From Gammaproteobacteria bacterium (GTDB taxonomy: Bacteria > Pseudomonadota > Gammaproteobacteria > Pseudomonadales > PIVM01), in contig PIVM01000007.1 of assembly GCA_003353945.1 (NCBI GenBank), forward strand, positions 5,127 to 69,126: a stretch of 64,000 nt of DNA. Reading direction: 5' to 3'. Under the pieces are notes generated by a model. It saw only the letters and a program-made list of their open reading frames with translations, had not been told where the DNA came from and ran no database searches. The stretch's first letter is position 1. Each line of letters starts with the position of its first letter. Position numbers and translations under genes: made by a program. Of the stretch, positions 1-9,998 are shown piece by piece.

Positions 1-3000
1 TCAATAACGGCAAGCCAATCTGGATCAAAACCAAATTGCGCCAATTTCTTGTTGATCACCTGTTGCAAAGCCTCTCCACAGGCTGCTGGAAAGCTGATCT
101 CTTCAAACACACTGTGCATAAAGCTGCCGGCCTGTGCACCACGGGGAAAGGTAAATATCGAATACTGTGGCATCACACCATTTGCCTCTTCCTGTAAAGG
201 ATCTCTGCTGAGCTTGTTCAACACGCTTTTCGACACGCCTTCATCACGATCGGCAAAGCCCTCATGCACTATCTCCCCCGCTGCAACGCCCTGATGCTGT
301 GTCAAGGCACTGTAACTGGTAATGCTCCAGTCATTTTCAATATACCCACTGAACTGCCTTGCTTGCAGCTTGGCTGCATCGTATTGCTGCTGACCTATAC
401 CGTCAGGCGAATTGATAGCCCTAGCTGCATCATCACTATCACCCAAACAGAAAAACTCTACTCCCAAGGCGGACTGTTGCTCCGAACACTCATTGCTAAT
501 CGAATTTAACTGTTCGCACAAGCGATCTTCATCCACCTCCTGATCTTCACCTTGCAGCAATAAATAACCGAGCGCCGACATATGCAACACACTGGTTTTG
601 CGATTGCCACTGGCTTTGAGATTACACAACCCCACTTTGCAGCAATGTATAGAACGCGTTAGCGCGACGTATAACAATCTCAAATCTTCCGCCAAGCGTT
701 CTTTATCAGCCAAGCGCACATTTTCTGGACTTGCATCAAGATCGACCAACAGCTCCTGTGAATCAGGCAGATGGAGCTGCGCCTGTTCTGCAAGGCGATA
801 GTTCACCGCAAAAGGTAAATAAACAATGGGATATTCCAGCCCCTTGCTTTTGTGAATGGTGACAATCTGCACCAGATTCTGATCGCTTTCCAAACGTATC
901 TGATGCTCTTCCTGGCTGGCTTTCAACACCGAAAGTCGATGTTCGCGCAACCAGTTCAACAACGACTGAGGCCCATGCAGTTCAACACTGGCCATCTGCA
1001 GCAATTCTGCAATATGTAAATAATTGGTCAGCGCCCTTTCGCCACCGAGTTTTTCGAGCAAGCTCTGCGCCAGTTGATGCTCTTGCATGATGCCGTGCAA
1101 CATCGCCATAACCCCTTGCTGCATCCAACACTGATGATAACGAGCGAATGCATTCAATAGGCGATCCCAGCGAATCTCGTCATGCACCAGCTGATCCAGG
1201 GCCTCAGCCTGCAAACCAAACAGACTGGTTGCTATGGCCGCTCGTACATAGCGTTCATTACCTGGCTCAGCGCAAGCCGATAACAACATTTGGATATCCA
1301 TGGCTTCATGGCTTTGTAATACACTGTCATCACTGATAAAAGCACTGGGAATTTGATGCTTGTTCAAGGCCTGCTGCATCTCCCGCGCTTCATGCCTGTC
1401 CCGAACCAGCACGGCAATATCACGCGCCTGCAGGCTATTGTCACCCATCTTTGCAAAACCTTGCGTTGATTTATCCAGCAGTTTTGTGATGTCTTCAGCA
1501 AAATGCGCGGCAAAAAAACGTCGATATTCCGCTTTGGCCACAGGCCGCTTGTCTTCGCTCAACAGACAGTCCAATTGCAAACCATCCCGACATTGACTGT
1601 CGACAGTTAACACGTTCTTGTCGTCGTTTGACGCAGCGTTCACAGGACTAAAGGGAATGTCCTCGTCATAAATAAACGCAGAGCTGGCAAAGTTAAACAG
1701 GGTATTAACACCCTCCACCATCGGCTGGGAAGAACGGTAGTTGGTTGATAAGGTATGAATACAAGAATCCTGCAGGCTTCTTCGCGCTGCAATATAGGTA
1801 AAGATATCCGCCCCTCGAAAACCGTATATTGCCTGTTTCGGGTCACCTATCAGCAGCAGCGCCGTTCCCTGAGCACCGGCATAAATCCGTTGATAAATTT
1901 CATACTGCAGCGCATCGGTATCCTGAAATTCATCAATCATGGCAACCGGATACAGTGTGCGAATACACTGCGCCAGCCTGTCACCCTGCTCAGAGCGTAG
2001 CGCGAATGACAACTGAGATAACAGGTCATCCGGTGCGAGAGTCGCAATCTGCTGTTTATGTGCAGACATCAATTGCCGCACCGTTTTGACCGCCAATTGC
2101 AATACCAGCGATTTTATTGTGGGCGGGTTCGAAAGCAATTCATCAGCAGCATCGAAGACCCTATGCTGCGGTGTTACGCCTTTAGCTGTTTTCTCGCACA
2201 ACGCTCGCTGGGAGAACTTCTCTAACTTGTCGGGCAGCTCATAGCTTTCAAGGGGATTGCTGGCAAAATCGTTGATCTGGGCAAGCCAGCGTGGCAGATT
2301 GGCCTTGTTGTACACTTTTTTACTGACGTCAGACTGCTGAACCAGTGGCAGCAGATCGCCTGCTGCCGCCAGCCATTCGGCCTTGAACTGTAGAATACGC
2401 TGGCAGTTGGCTTGATGAACAACTCCGAGGTCCTGTTCATCCAACTGCGGCAAAAACCGTATCTGTGGTTTTGCCAGCCAGCCGTTGATATCTTTCAGCA
2501 AGTCCGCAGGCGAAGCCCAGTGACGTCGAATCTCAGACGCTAACACGTCATCTGCTGAATAAAAATACTGGCGCCAAAAATCGGCGCAAGCCTGTAACTT
2601 CACCTGCTCCTGATCCAGGATAAAAGCCGTTTCAAACAGCACGCCACTTTCAAATGCATGTTGCGCCAACATACGCTGACAAAAACCGTGGATGGTATAA
2701 ATAGCGGCCTCATCCATTCGCCCTAATGCCGCCGCCAAACGTTGCGCATCAGCAGCACAATCCAGCGATCTTTCAAGCAGCTCATTGATCAAGCTGTCCT
2801 TGCAAGCACTCTTGCAGACACTGCCAGCACGAACCCCGCGAACAAAAACCTGGTAAGCCTGATCTATGCGCTGGCGAACCCTCTCCCGCAATTCCTGTGT
2901 TGCCGCTCGTGTAAACGTGACTACCAGGATTTCGTCAACTGACAAGGGGCTGCGATCTTCTCCATCACCCAACAATAAGCGTAGATATAAACTGCTAATG

Positions 3001-3080
3001 GTATAGGTTTTTCCCGTACCTGCGCTGGCCTCAATCAGGCACATACCCTCAAACGGCAAGGACAATGGATCTAAGGGCAT
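1..3080 (-). CDS. recB: Exodeoxyribonuclease V beta subunit RecB; C-terminus runs off the window edge
   Basis: Absent from the ORF track because it has no stop inside the window. Manual minus-strand translation from the ATG at 3080-3078 gives MPLDPLSLPFEGMCLIEASAGTGKTYTISSLYLRLLLG..VVTFTRAATQELRERV. This is the UvrD-type helicase motif I/Ia N-terminus of RecB. It starts 5 nt after the recC stop. The frame still reads sensibly at the window edge (..ALQQVINKKLAQFGFDPDWLAVI). Confidence 0.85.
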   Translation of the reverse strand, partial: MPLDPLSLPFEGMCLIEASAGTGKTYTISSLYLRLLLGDGEDRSPLSVDEILVVTFTRAATQELRERVRQRIDQAYQVFVRGVRAGSVCKSACKDSLINELLERSLDCAADAQRLAAALGRMDEAAIYTIHGFCQRMLAQHAFESGVLFETAFILDQEQVKLQACADFWRQYFYSADDVLASEIRRHWASPADLLKDINGWLAKPQIRFLPQLDEQDLGVVHQANCQRILQFKAEWLAAAGDLLPLVQQSDVSKKVYNKANLPRWLAQINDFASNPLESYELPDKLEKFSQRALCEKTAKGVTPQHRVFDAADELLSNPPTIKSLVLQLAVKTVRQLMSAHKQQIATLAPDDLLSQLSFALRSEQGDRLAQCIRTLYPVAMIDEFQDTDALQYEIYQRIYAGAQGTALLLIGDPKQAIYGFRGADIFTYIAARRSLQDSCIHTLSTNYRSSQPMVEGVNTLFNFASSAFIYDEDIPFSPVNAASNDDKNVLTVDSQCRDGLQLDCLLSEDKRPVAKAEYRRFFAAHFAEDITKLLDKSTQGFAKMGDNSLQARDIAVLVRDRHEAREMQQALNKHQIPSAFISDDSVLQSHEAMDIQMLLSACAEPGNERYVRAAIATSLFGLQAEALDQLVHDEIRWDRLLNAFARYHQCWMQQGVMAMLHGIMQEHQLAQSLLEKLGGERALTNYLHIAELLQMASVELHGPQSLLNWLREHRLSVLKASQEEHQIRLESDQNLVQIVTIHKSKGLEYPIVYLPFAVNYRLAEQAQLHLPDSQELLVDLDASPENVRLADKERLAEDLRLLYVALTRSIHCCKVGLCNLKASGNRKTSVLHMSALGYLLLQGEDQEVDEDRLCEQLNSISNECSEQQSALGVEFFCLGDSDDAARAINSPDGIGQQQYDAAKLQARQFSGYIENDWSITSYSALTQHQGVAAGEIVHEGFADRDEGVSKSVLNKLSRDPLQEEANGVMPQYSIFTFPRGAQAGSFMHSVFEEISFPAACGEALQQVINKKLAQFGFDPDWLAVI

Positions 3081-3085
3081 CACCA

Positions 3086-6000
3086 CTATTCCTTCACCTC
3101 CGATAGCAGATCCGAAAATTCTCCATAGACAGACTGTGCCAAGGTCACAAACTCCGCAGGCCATTCATCCAGCTCAACAAAACAGCGTTGTACATAGGGA
3201 TCAGCCCCCTCCCCTGGGATGTTGTTATAGGGCAGGCCATGAAATGCGTTATGCATCTCACGCAGGCGTTTGTCATCCCGATAGTCGGGTTCATAGGCGT
3301 GATAACTGCTGTCAGCAAAAAATCGTAACGGCTGCTGCAAGCCCTTCTGAAAATGGAAAAAGAGCACTGACAGCCTCTCCATAGCCTTATCTGAGGGAAG
3401 CGGCTCCAGTCGATACATTGCACCTTGCCCGACAAATACTGCCGGTATTTGATACCCTGCAGCGCATAAAGCCAAATGATAAATCCACAAACCAATTTTA
3501 TCTTTACCCTTAAACTGCGCCGGCCGATAGCGAAGCAAACAGGACGGCATCACTTGATGAACGCGTCCACCCAGCACCGTATCCTCCAATGAAATCTGCA
3601 GATCAACGCTATGCAGCCCAGCAGAACGATAGGGTTGCAGGCGCTGTATCATGGGGGCTAGGTCATCAATGACACGTTGCAATTGAATCCTGCCAAATTC
3701 ACCACAGGGTAATTGTCCGCTTTGCAGATAATTGCTGATAAATTCTTCCGAATTGGGCTCTTCACCTTCACTTTCCTGCAGACAATAATCCAGCCAATCT
3801 TGCTTAAGCTGGTAATTCTGCAGTGCATCCAGAGCGAAGGGCTCTTCATCCGCCAAGCATTGATCTTCAAGCGGAAAATAAACACCCAGACGTCGATTAA
3901 AAAAATATCGGCTGGGATTGCGATAAAAACGCAGCAGCTCGTCAAGCTCAAGGTAGTCTTGAGCGTCCCGTTCAGAATCCTTCTCAGGCGCCAAAAGAGG
4001 CTGAGGACAGAAATCCTCGGTATTTGTTCTTCTCTCACACTGTCCGTTTAACTTGGCAGCCGCATCACACCAATTTTTTGAATAACTGAAAAGTTCGCTA
4101 TTTTGCTGAAAATAGATGGGATTAAATGCCTGCAAGGTATGCTCTACTACCAAGTAGTTTCTGAGTTTTTGCGCAGACTTTTCTGGTTGAATTTTTTCAT
4201 CGCCCGGCAGTACAAAAGACTGCTCACAATAGGCGAGTAATTCGCTAACCAGTACGGAAGGAAGACTGGCTTTATTGTCGTGAATATTACGCCCCTGATA
4301 ACTGATAATCAGTTTTTCCCGCGCTGACAGCACCGCCTCTAAAAACAGATAACGATCATCATCGCGTCGTGAACGATCACCCTGGCGAAATTCCCTGGCC
4401 ATCAAATCAAAGCCCAATGGCTGAATGCTGCGGGGGTAATCACCGTCATTCATACCCAACAGATAAACCACCTTAAAGGGAATGCTACGCATGGGCATCA
4501 AGGTGCAAAAATTGACCTGCCCTGTTAAAAAGCGCTGACCTCCGGATTGTTGCAACAATAAATCCTGCAATGCATCAAGCAATACAGGCTGACCAACGGG
4601 TTCTTCGAAACAAGCCTGCTGTACATCATCATACAGACCCGTCACCGCATCGCGTACAAGCTGCAGAGCACGAACATCCTCCTGCGATGGCAAAAACAAG
4701 TCATCAAGCAGTTGATTCAGCAAATCCCGCCAATCCGACATTGAACGCTGTTGTTGCAGACAGGTACGCCAGAAAGTCAGGCGCTCAACAAAGCCAAGCA
4801 GTTTCCCCAACACCACAGCATCACTGCCTTCGACCGCATCCAGCGGCAGCACACCGGCAAACACTCCCTGCGCCTGTGGCATAGCATAACCCATTAACAA
4901 ACGCTGCAAACCAAACATCCAGGTATTTTGCTCCGTTTCAGGTAACTGCCAAAGCTGCTTGCTACGCCCGTCAAGCCCCCAGCGTACTCCTGCATCCCGC
5001 AACCATGGCTGTATCGCTTCCAGCTCCGACTCAGCAATATCACATTTTTCTGCAATAGCCGGCACCGATAGTAAATCCAACACTTCACTTAAGGTAAAAC
5101 GGCTATCGGGTAGTGCCAATAAAGTTAAAAAGGCCGCAATGACTGGATTTTCAGCTTTTGCAGTCCGATCAGAAATAGACCAAGGAATAAAGTGCTCAGC
5201 TGGAGCATTGGCAAAAACCGCTTGGATATGGGGAGCATAACTATCGACATTCGCCATCATAACGACGACATCCCTGGGCGTCAGCTGCGGATTCTCATCA
5301 AATAAGGCCAGCAACTGATCATGCAGTACTTCAATTTCACGTACGGCGCTATAACAACTATGAACAATAAAAGATCGATCATCCGGTGAAATACAGCTTT
5401 TATATTCGCTGGAGTGATCGTGGTGTTTGTCATGATGTATGCCAGCACTTCCCCGATTATTCAAGGTTAAGATGTCATACTGCAAGGTACTCAGCAGGTC
5501 ATTCGGTTCAATCATGGTGAAGGCATCAATATCCTGCGCCTCACAAGCGTGCAGCAAATCCAGATAATCACGCCCCTGCTGAGCCATGGATGCCAGTAAA
5601 GGATTGCTATTGGCAATACCCTCTTCTTCCGACTGCGAAGGCTCAATACCGTGACTGCGCCAAACTGATTGCATTTTGGCGCAATAACGAGAATCCATAA
5701 CATCGCCCCAATAATGCATACAGGGATTAAACACCATCATATGGACATCGATGTGACGGCCCAGTGCATCTAGCAGCTGCAGATAATTCGGTGCCAGCGT
5801 GGTTATGCCAAACACAAACAAACGCGATGGAAGACCGGATAAATCCGGCGCCCGATTCAGACGGTGATGACACTCGGCAAACAACTCTGCCCGATGTTGG
5901 GTAGACTGCTGTAGTGCCTCTGACTGCTCAACAAGCGCACACCATAACTCAGCCTGCCATTGTTGCTCACTCTGTTGTTCATCCTGATCATCAAGACCGC

Positions 6001-6469
6001 TTATTGCTACTGTTTTATTTTGTTGCCAGGCATTTATCCAGTCCGGCCGGTACACCAAATATTGATCATAAACATCAGCAATCTTGCGAGCCAGTTGAAA
6101 CTGTTTTCGCTGGTCTTTATCATCACTCAGGTAATGGCGCAAAGGCTCAAAAGCAGATTTATGCAGCTGCTCGGGCAGCACAGCCATCAGCTTCCATACC
6201 ATGCTTGGCTTGGCGAAAGGCGTGCATTCCGGCAAATCATGTATCAACTGTCGGAATAGATGCCAAATAAAACTCGAAGGCAGCGGAAACTCGACATTGG
6301 CCGTCACCGAAAACATGCTGGCAATTTGTAACTTCAGCCAGTGGGCCATCCCTGGATTCTGCACCAGAATCACCTCGGATCGAAACGGGCTCGACGGTGC
6401 ATCAACCAACTCTGTCGCCAAATGGGGCAGCAGGTGTTCAAGCCGATTGGCATGATAGATTTTCAACAT
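3086..6469 (-). CDS. recC: Exodeoxyribonuclease V gamma subunit RecC
   Basis: ORF of 1127 aa. The N-terminus MLKIYHANRLEHLL and the size are typical of RecC. It lies directly upstream of recB on the same strand. Confidence 0.9.
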   Translation of the reverse strand: MLKIYHANRLEHLLPHLATELVDAPSSPFRSEVILVQNPGMAHWLKLQIASMFSVTANVEFPLPSSFIWHLFRQLIHDLPECTPFAKPSMVWKLMAVLPEQLHKSAFEPLRHYLSDDKDQRKQFQLARKIADVYDQYLVYRPDWINAWQQNKTVAISGLDDQDEQQSEQQWQAELWCALVEQSEALQQSTQHRAELFAECHHRLNRAPDLSGLPSRLFVFGITTLAPNYLQLLDALGRHIDVHMMVFNPCMHYWGDVMDSRYCAKMQSVWRSHGIEPSQSEEEGIANSNPLLASMAQQGRDYLDLLHACEAQDIDAFTMIEPNDLLSTLQYDILTLNNRGSAGIHHDKHHDHSSEYKSCISPDDRSFIVHSCYSAVREIEVLHDQLLALFDENPQLTPRDVVVMMANVDSYAPHIQAVFANAPAEHFIPWSISDRTAKAENPVIAAFLTLLALPDSRFTLSEVLDLLSVPAIAEKCDIAESELEAIQPWLRDAGVRWGLDGRSKQLWQLPETEQNTWMFGLQRLLMGYAMPQAQGVFAGVLPLDAVEGSDAVVLGKLLGFVERLTFWRTCLQQQRSMSDWRDLLNQLLDDLFLPSQEDVRALQLVRDAVTGLYDDVQQACFEEPVGQPVLLDALQDLLLQQSGGQRFLTGQVNFCTLMPMRSIPFKVVYLLGMNDGDYPRSIQPLGFDLMAREFRQGDRSRRDDDRYLFLEAVLSAREKLIISYQGRNIHDNKASLPSVLVSELLAYCEQSFVLPGDEKIQPEKSAQKLRNYLVVEHTLQAFNPIYFQQNSELFSYSKNWCDAAAKLNGQCERRTNTEDFCPQPLLAPEKDSERDAQDYLELDELLRFYRNPSRYFFNRRLGVYFPLEDQCLADEEPFALDALQNYQLKQDWLDYCLQESEGEEPNSEEFISNYLQSGQLPCGEFGRIQLQRVIDDLAPMIQRLQPYRSAGLHSVDLQISLEDTVLGGRVHQVMPSCLLRYRPAQFKGKDKIGLWIYHLALCAAGYQIPAVFVGQGAMYRLEPLPSDKAMERLSVLFFHFQKGLQQPLRFFADSSYHAYEPDYRDDKRLREMHNAFHGLPYNNIPGEGADPYVQRCFVELDEWPAEFVTLAQSVYGEFSDLLSEVKE

Positions 6470-6538
6470 AGATTTTTCTGTGAGTGCAAATGACAGTCAG
6501 CGGCTGCCAGAATCGTTATCGTTATCGTATTCAAGAAA

Positions 6539-7522
6539 TTAATGGTACTGTTTACTCAACTCTTTCACCATAGTATTTGCAGTTTTGTTGCCTACTTTGA
6601 GCCTGCCTTTTGCTCCCGTATTATTCGTACCGCAAGAATTCGCCACACCATGGGGTACATGACCGGTTGCCACATAAGCTCTGGCAGATTCACAATGACA
6701 ATGCTGATCATCAAAGAAAATATCCGCGGCAAAAACACGCAGAAATTCACCCTTATTCATACCCCCAAGAAACACGGCCTCATCAATACGAATATCCCAG
6801 CTACGCAGGGTGCGAATAACACGCTCATGCGCTGGAGCGGAGCGAGCGGTTACCAAGGCTGTGCGAATGGGGCAATTTTCGGGCGTGTAATGTTTTTGCA
6901 GACGATGCAAGGCCAGTAAAAAATCCTTGAATGGGCCGTCTTTCATGGGTCGGCAAGCCTGGCTCTTTTCATGCGCCACAAATGCATCCAAACCTTGTTG
7001 CTTATAGATCTTTTCCGATTCATCGGAGAAAACCACCGCATCACCATCAAAGGCAATACGCACCTGACCAGCACTGGCACCATTTTTCGCAGCAGAGGGC
7101 ATCACCATGGCAGCCGCCATCTGATTGGCCAATGCCCGCTCAACATCTTCGGCATTAGTTGATAGCAACAAATGACAGCCATAGGGTTTGGCATAATGGT
7201 AGGGAGACTGGCCACTGCAAAATGCTGCGCGGCTAATTTGCAGGCCATAGTGTTCTATAGACTGGAATACCCGTAATCCTGTGTCTGCACTGTTGCGCGA
7301 TAACAGGATAACCTCAACACTGTCGGCATGGCACTTGTTTAACTCCAGCAGCTTTTTTACCAATCCAAATGCCTCTCCCGGCTGTAACACCTCACTTTCC
7401 CGGCTGATCTGGTACTGAGCATAGGCCTTAACTCCATGTTTCAGATACACCTCATTAGAATCATGCATATCAAACAATGCGCTGGATGTAATACCAATAA
7501 CCAATTTTCCACTTTTGCTCAC
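6539..7522 (-). CDS. Cytosolic 5'-nucleotidase family protein (PF06189-like)
   Basis: 327 aa. KLVIGITSSALFDMHDSNEVYLKHGVKAYAQYQ and VILLSRNSADTGLRVFQSIEHYGLQISRAAFCSG match my recollection of the bacterial 5'-nucleotidase (PF06189) family. Same strand as recC, 69 bp upstream of it. Confidence 0.6.
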   Translation of the reverse strand: MSKSGKLVIGITSSALFDMHDSNEVYLKHGVKAYAQYQISRESEVLQPGEAFGLVKKLLELNKCHADSVEVILLSRNSADTGLRVFQSIEHYGLQISRAAFCSGQSPYHYAKPYGCHLLLSTNAEDVERALANQMAAAMVMPSAAKNGASAGQVRIAFDGDAVVFSDESEKIYKQQGLDAFVAHEKSQACRPMKDGPFKDFLLALHRLQKHYTPENCPIRTALVTARSAPAHERVIRTLRSWDIRIDEAVFLGGMNKGEFLRVFAADIFFDDQHCHCESARAYVATGHVPHGVANSCGTNNTGAKGRLKVGNKTANTMVKELSKQYH

Positions 7523-7565
7523 TGCATATCCCTCAATGTTTTTCTGTGTTATCTCTATGATACAA

Positions 7566-7594
7566 TCTAAAGCGTCAATTATTGTCGCTTTAGA
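7566..7594. promoter_or_regulatory. Perfect 9-bp inverted repeat (TCTAAAGCG-N11-CGCTTTAGA), candidate operator in a divergent promoter region
   Basis: Read directly: tctaaagcg at 7566-7574 and cgctttaga at 7586-7594. It lies between the nucleotidase start (7522) and the WYL regulator start (7653). CAATTATT recurs at 7577-7584 and 7606-7613. Confidence 0.4.
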
Positions 7595-7652
7595 GACAAC
7601 TCAGACAATTATTTTGCTAAAACCAGTAAATTGGGCAAATGTAAGGTAAATC

Positions 7653-8774
7653 ATGAAATATCGCGATGAAGCTCTACGCACATTCTGCCGACGCCTGGAA
7701 ATACTGAACTTCATTAAGCAACACCGGCAGGCCTGTTCGGTCATGGCCATCACTGAGCACCTGATTGATTCTGGCCTGCTCGATCTCCCAACTCGGGACA
7801 GTAACAGTCCAGACAAATCTCAATTGCGCAAAATCCAACGTGACCTGCAATTTTTGGCAGGCGACGAGAGCTCGCAAAGCGAAGAGGGAGATAACTTCAA
7901 TGAATTCGGACTGACAAAATGCGCCGGAGGCAGGCACAGCTATCGATGGCAAATAGCGCAAGATCCTGATATCGATTTCAACTGGTCAACCATGCCAGAT
8001 CATATGGCGGTCACCCTGGCGCTGGCAGAAAAACACCTGGCATCGGCGATGCCGTCGCGCTATCACCAGCTACTCAGACAACACTATAAAACAGCTCGTC
8101 ACAAACTTGTCCAAGCTTCCAAAAAATATCAACCCAAACAGTTACAACATCTGGTGGACAGCGTAGCGGTAGATCAACGCGGACTAAGACTAGAAGCAGC
8201 ACAGATTGACGAACAAATTCTCGATACCATTTATGAGGCACTGATTCTGCGGCGTCGGCTACAAATACGCTATAAAAACAAACTGATAATCATTCACCCT
8301 CATGGAGTTGTTATTGCCAGACCCAAAATGTACCTTCTGGCTTTAAAAGACGTGGGACCTGGTAATGAGAAATTACGTAGCTATCTGATACACCGCATCC
8401 AGTCCATCAACCTGTTAAAACAAAGCGCCCAGCTCATAGCGAATTTCAAGCTGCAGGATTATTTGGCTGAAGGTCTAATGGATGTCATGATTGACAAGGA
8501 CATTGGTGTATATCAACTGCAGATCAAACTTCAGCCTGACGCTCAAAGCAATCTCTTGCTGGACCTGTATGAAACACCTATCGCCCCCGATCAACAAATC
8601 ATGAAAAGTACCGATGGTAGTTATCTGCTAACTGCGAACGTACATCGGAGCTATCAATTATTGAACTGGATCATCAGCTTGGGACAGGTAGCTACGATTC
8701 TAAGGCCAGCCTGTATACGCAAGGACGTTATTCGGCATGTACAGCAAATTGCTGCCAATTACCAAATAATGTGA
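7653..8774 (+). CDS. Transcriptional regulator with N-terminal winged HTH and a WYL-like domain
   Basis: 373 aa. The N-terminus LRTFCRRLEILNFIKQHRQACSVMAITEHL looks like a DeoR/HTH_11-type wHTH. The central LILRRRLQIRYKNKLIIIHPHGVVIARPKMYLLALKD resembles the WYL beta-strand core. Transcribed divergently from the nucleotidase-recC-recB genes. Confidence 0.55.
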   Translation: MKYRDEALRTFCRRLEILNFIKQHRQACSVMAITEHLIDSGLLDLPTRDSNSPDKSQLRKIQRDLQFLAGDESSQSEEGDNFNEFGLTKCAGGRHSYRWQIAQDPDIDFNWSTMPDHMAVTLALAEKHLASAMPSRYHQLLRQHYKTARHKLVQASKKYQPKQLQHLVDSVAVDQRGLRLEAAQIDEQILDTIYEALILRRRLQIRYKNKLIIIHPHGVVIARPKMYLLALKDVGPGNEKLRSYLIHRIQSINLLKQSAQLIANFKLQDYLAEGLMDVMIDKDIGVYQLQIKLQPDAQSNLLLDLYETPIAPDQQIMKSTDGSYLLTANVHRSYQLLNWIISLGQVATILRPACIRKDVIRHVQQIAANYQIM

Positions 8775-9142
8775 TAGGCCGAGCACACAGCAGCTATGAA
8801 GCATGAAAAAACGAGCGCTGTTGGTAATTTGTACTTATTTATCAATAAACTATAAGTAAAACCCAGCATATGATCAAAATTTAATGCACAGCATCTTCTT
8901 ATTGCATAATAATTAAGACCAGCCCTCTCATTATGTCTACATTTTTCAGTTTTTATCGCTATTATTAATGTTCAGTAATAAGCAAAATTCGAGGGAAGTT
9001 CTATACTTGCAGTTACTGCGTGTAATTTTCCCGGTAAAATAGTAAGGACTTATAAACTTTGACAGTGAAGGTCTGGTAATTCCTTACTTAAATGTTAGAA
9101 TTCCTTTACAGTTATATAAGAACGGATGGGTGAGACTCAACA

Positions 9143-9418
9143 ATGAAAAGAACTGTACTTGCATTAACGACAACGGCACTTATGACAGTCTCTTTTTGTG
9201 CCATAGCGGCTAAGCCAGTTAAGATCACACCCGGGGCCAAAGGCGTTGCCTCCGATGGGGCGGCATTTAGAGGCTATGTTGTACAATGCAGTAATGGCAA
9301 AAAGCAACCTTTGACCGCTTGGAACAATGGCAGGAAATGGTGTATCGGTCAGGAATCGCAAGAAAACTGCTCAAAGAAGCAAATTAAGGCCGCAAAAAAA
9401 GCCTGTAAGTTAAGTTAA
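9143..9418 (+). CDS. Small secreted cysteine-containing protein, unknown function
   Basis: 91 aa. Signal peptide MKRTVLALTTTALMTVSFCAIAA, four Cys in the mature part, and a lysine-rich C-terminus. Followed by a strong terminator. Confidence 0.5.
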   Translation: MKRTVLALTTTALMTVSFCAIAAKPVKITPGAKGVASDGAAFRGYVVQCSNGKKQPLTAWNNGRKWCIGQESQENCSKKQIKAAKKACKLS

Positions 9419-9491
9419 GCTTTGTCCTGTATTTGTTGGTAGTTATTGGAAATCATGTAACTGCATCTGAAGAGACTCAGAGTAAATTCCT

Positions 9492-9527
9492 GAAACAAAG
9501 GTGTCTAAAGGCACCTTTGTTTCTTTT
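9492..9527 (+). terminator. Rho-independent terminator
   Basis: Perfect 12-bp stem: gaaacaaaggtg (9492-9503) pairs with cacctttgtttc (9512-9523). The loop is 8 nt and a TTTT tract follows. Confidence 0.65.
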
Positions 9528-9998
9528 CGCTCCTAGAATTCCTCAACACTAAAACGCTAACTTTGCGCTATACTGTCTTGTGACTGCTCAATCACAGGAT
9601 AAGTCGACCCTTATGCCAACCACTCCCAAGCTCTTCACTTCGGCCCCTCAAGTAACTGTCAAAACGACAGTCTACGATCATGCTTTGAGCAACGAGCCCG
9701 ACATTTCAAACCCTGGTGCTTCAAACACATCGTTTCACTACCTCTGGCTAACCACAATACAAAGAGATAAGCTCGAATCTAAACCTCTTAAGAGCGCCAC
9801 ACTGTCTCAAGCACGCAACACCGTCGAATCCACCAGTCCAAAACGGCAAATGTCTCGACGCTTGCAACGCCGCCAAGAGCATTAGGGCCGCGGAAAGAAT
9901 AAATTTTCCCATATGGCTTGTTTATTACTCCCTCTTCTTCGTTGCTCCAATAGTTGCGTATGTCCAATATACCCAAAACGTTACACGGGACTCTGCGC

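Noticed and set aside
3136-6455. Many 60-126-aa ORFs antisense to or overlapping recC. Similar sets lie inside the GGDEF/EAL gene, pilY1, ileS, pyrB, the fumarase gene and the 349-aa gene (for example 10668-11030, 11854-12297, 45395-45775, 50134-50643 and 62986-63420).
   Set aside because: These are shadow ORFs within long, well-supported genes. They have no motifs or RBS and show biased, low-complexity composition.
8995-9006. GAAGTTCTATAC, resembling half of an FRT site.
   Set aside because: This is a single half-site with a mismatch, with no inverted partner or spacer. It is coincidental in AT-rich DNA.
9580-9885. A 101-aa plus-strand ORF. On the minus strand, a GGATTCGACGG string (9821-9833) is reminiscent of the tmRNA 5' region.
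   Set aside because: The ORF is low-complexity and lacks an RBS or any motif. The tmRNA idea fails because I found no tag-peptide reading frame, no T-arm (GGTTCGAATCC-like) and no ACCA 3' end nearby. The region remains unexplained non-coding DNA.
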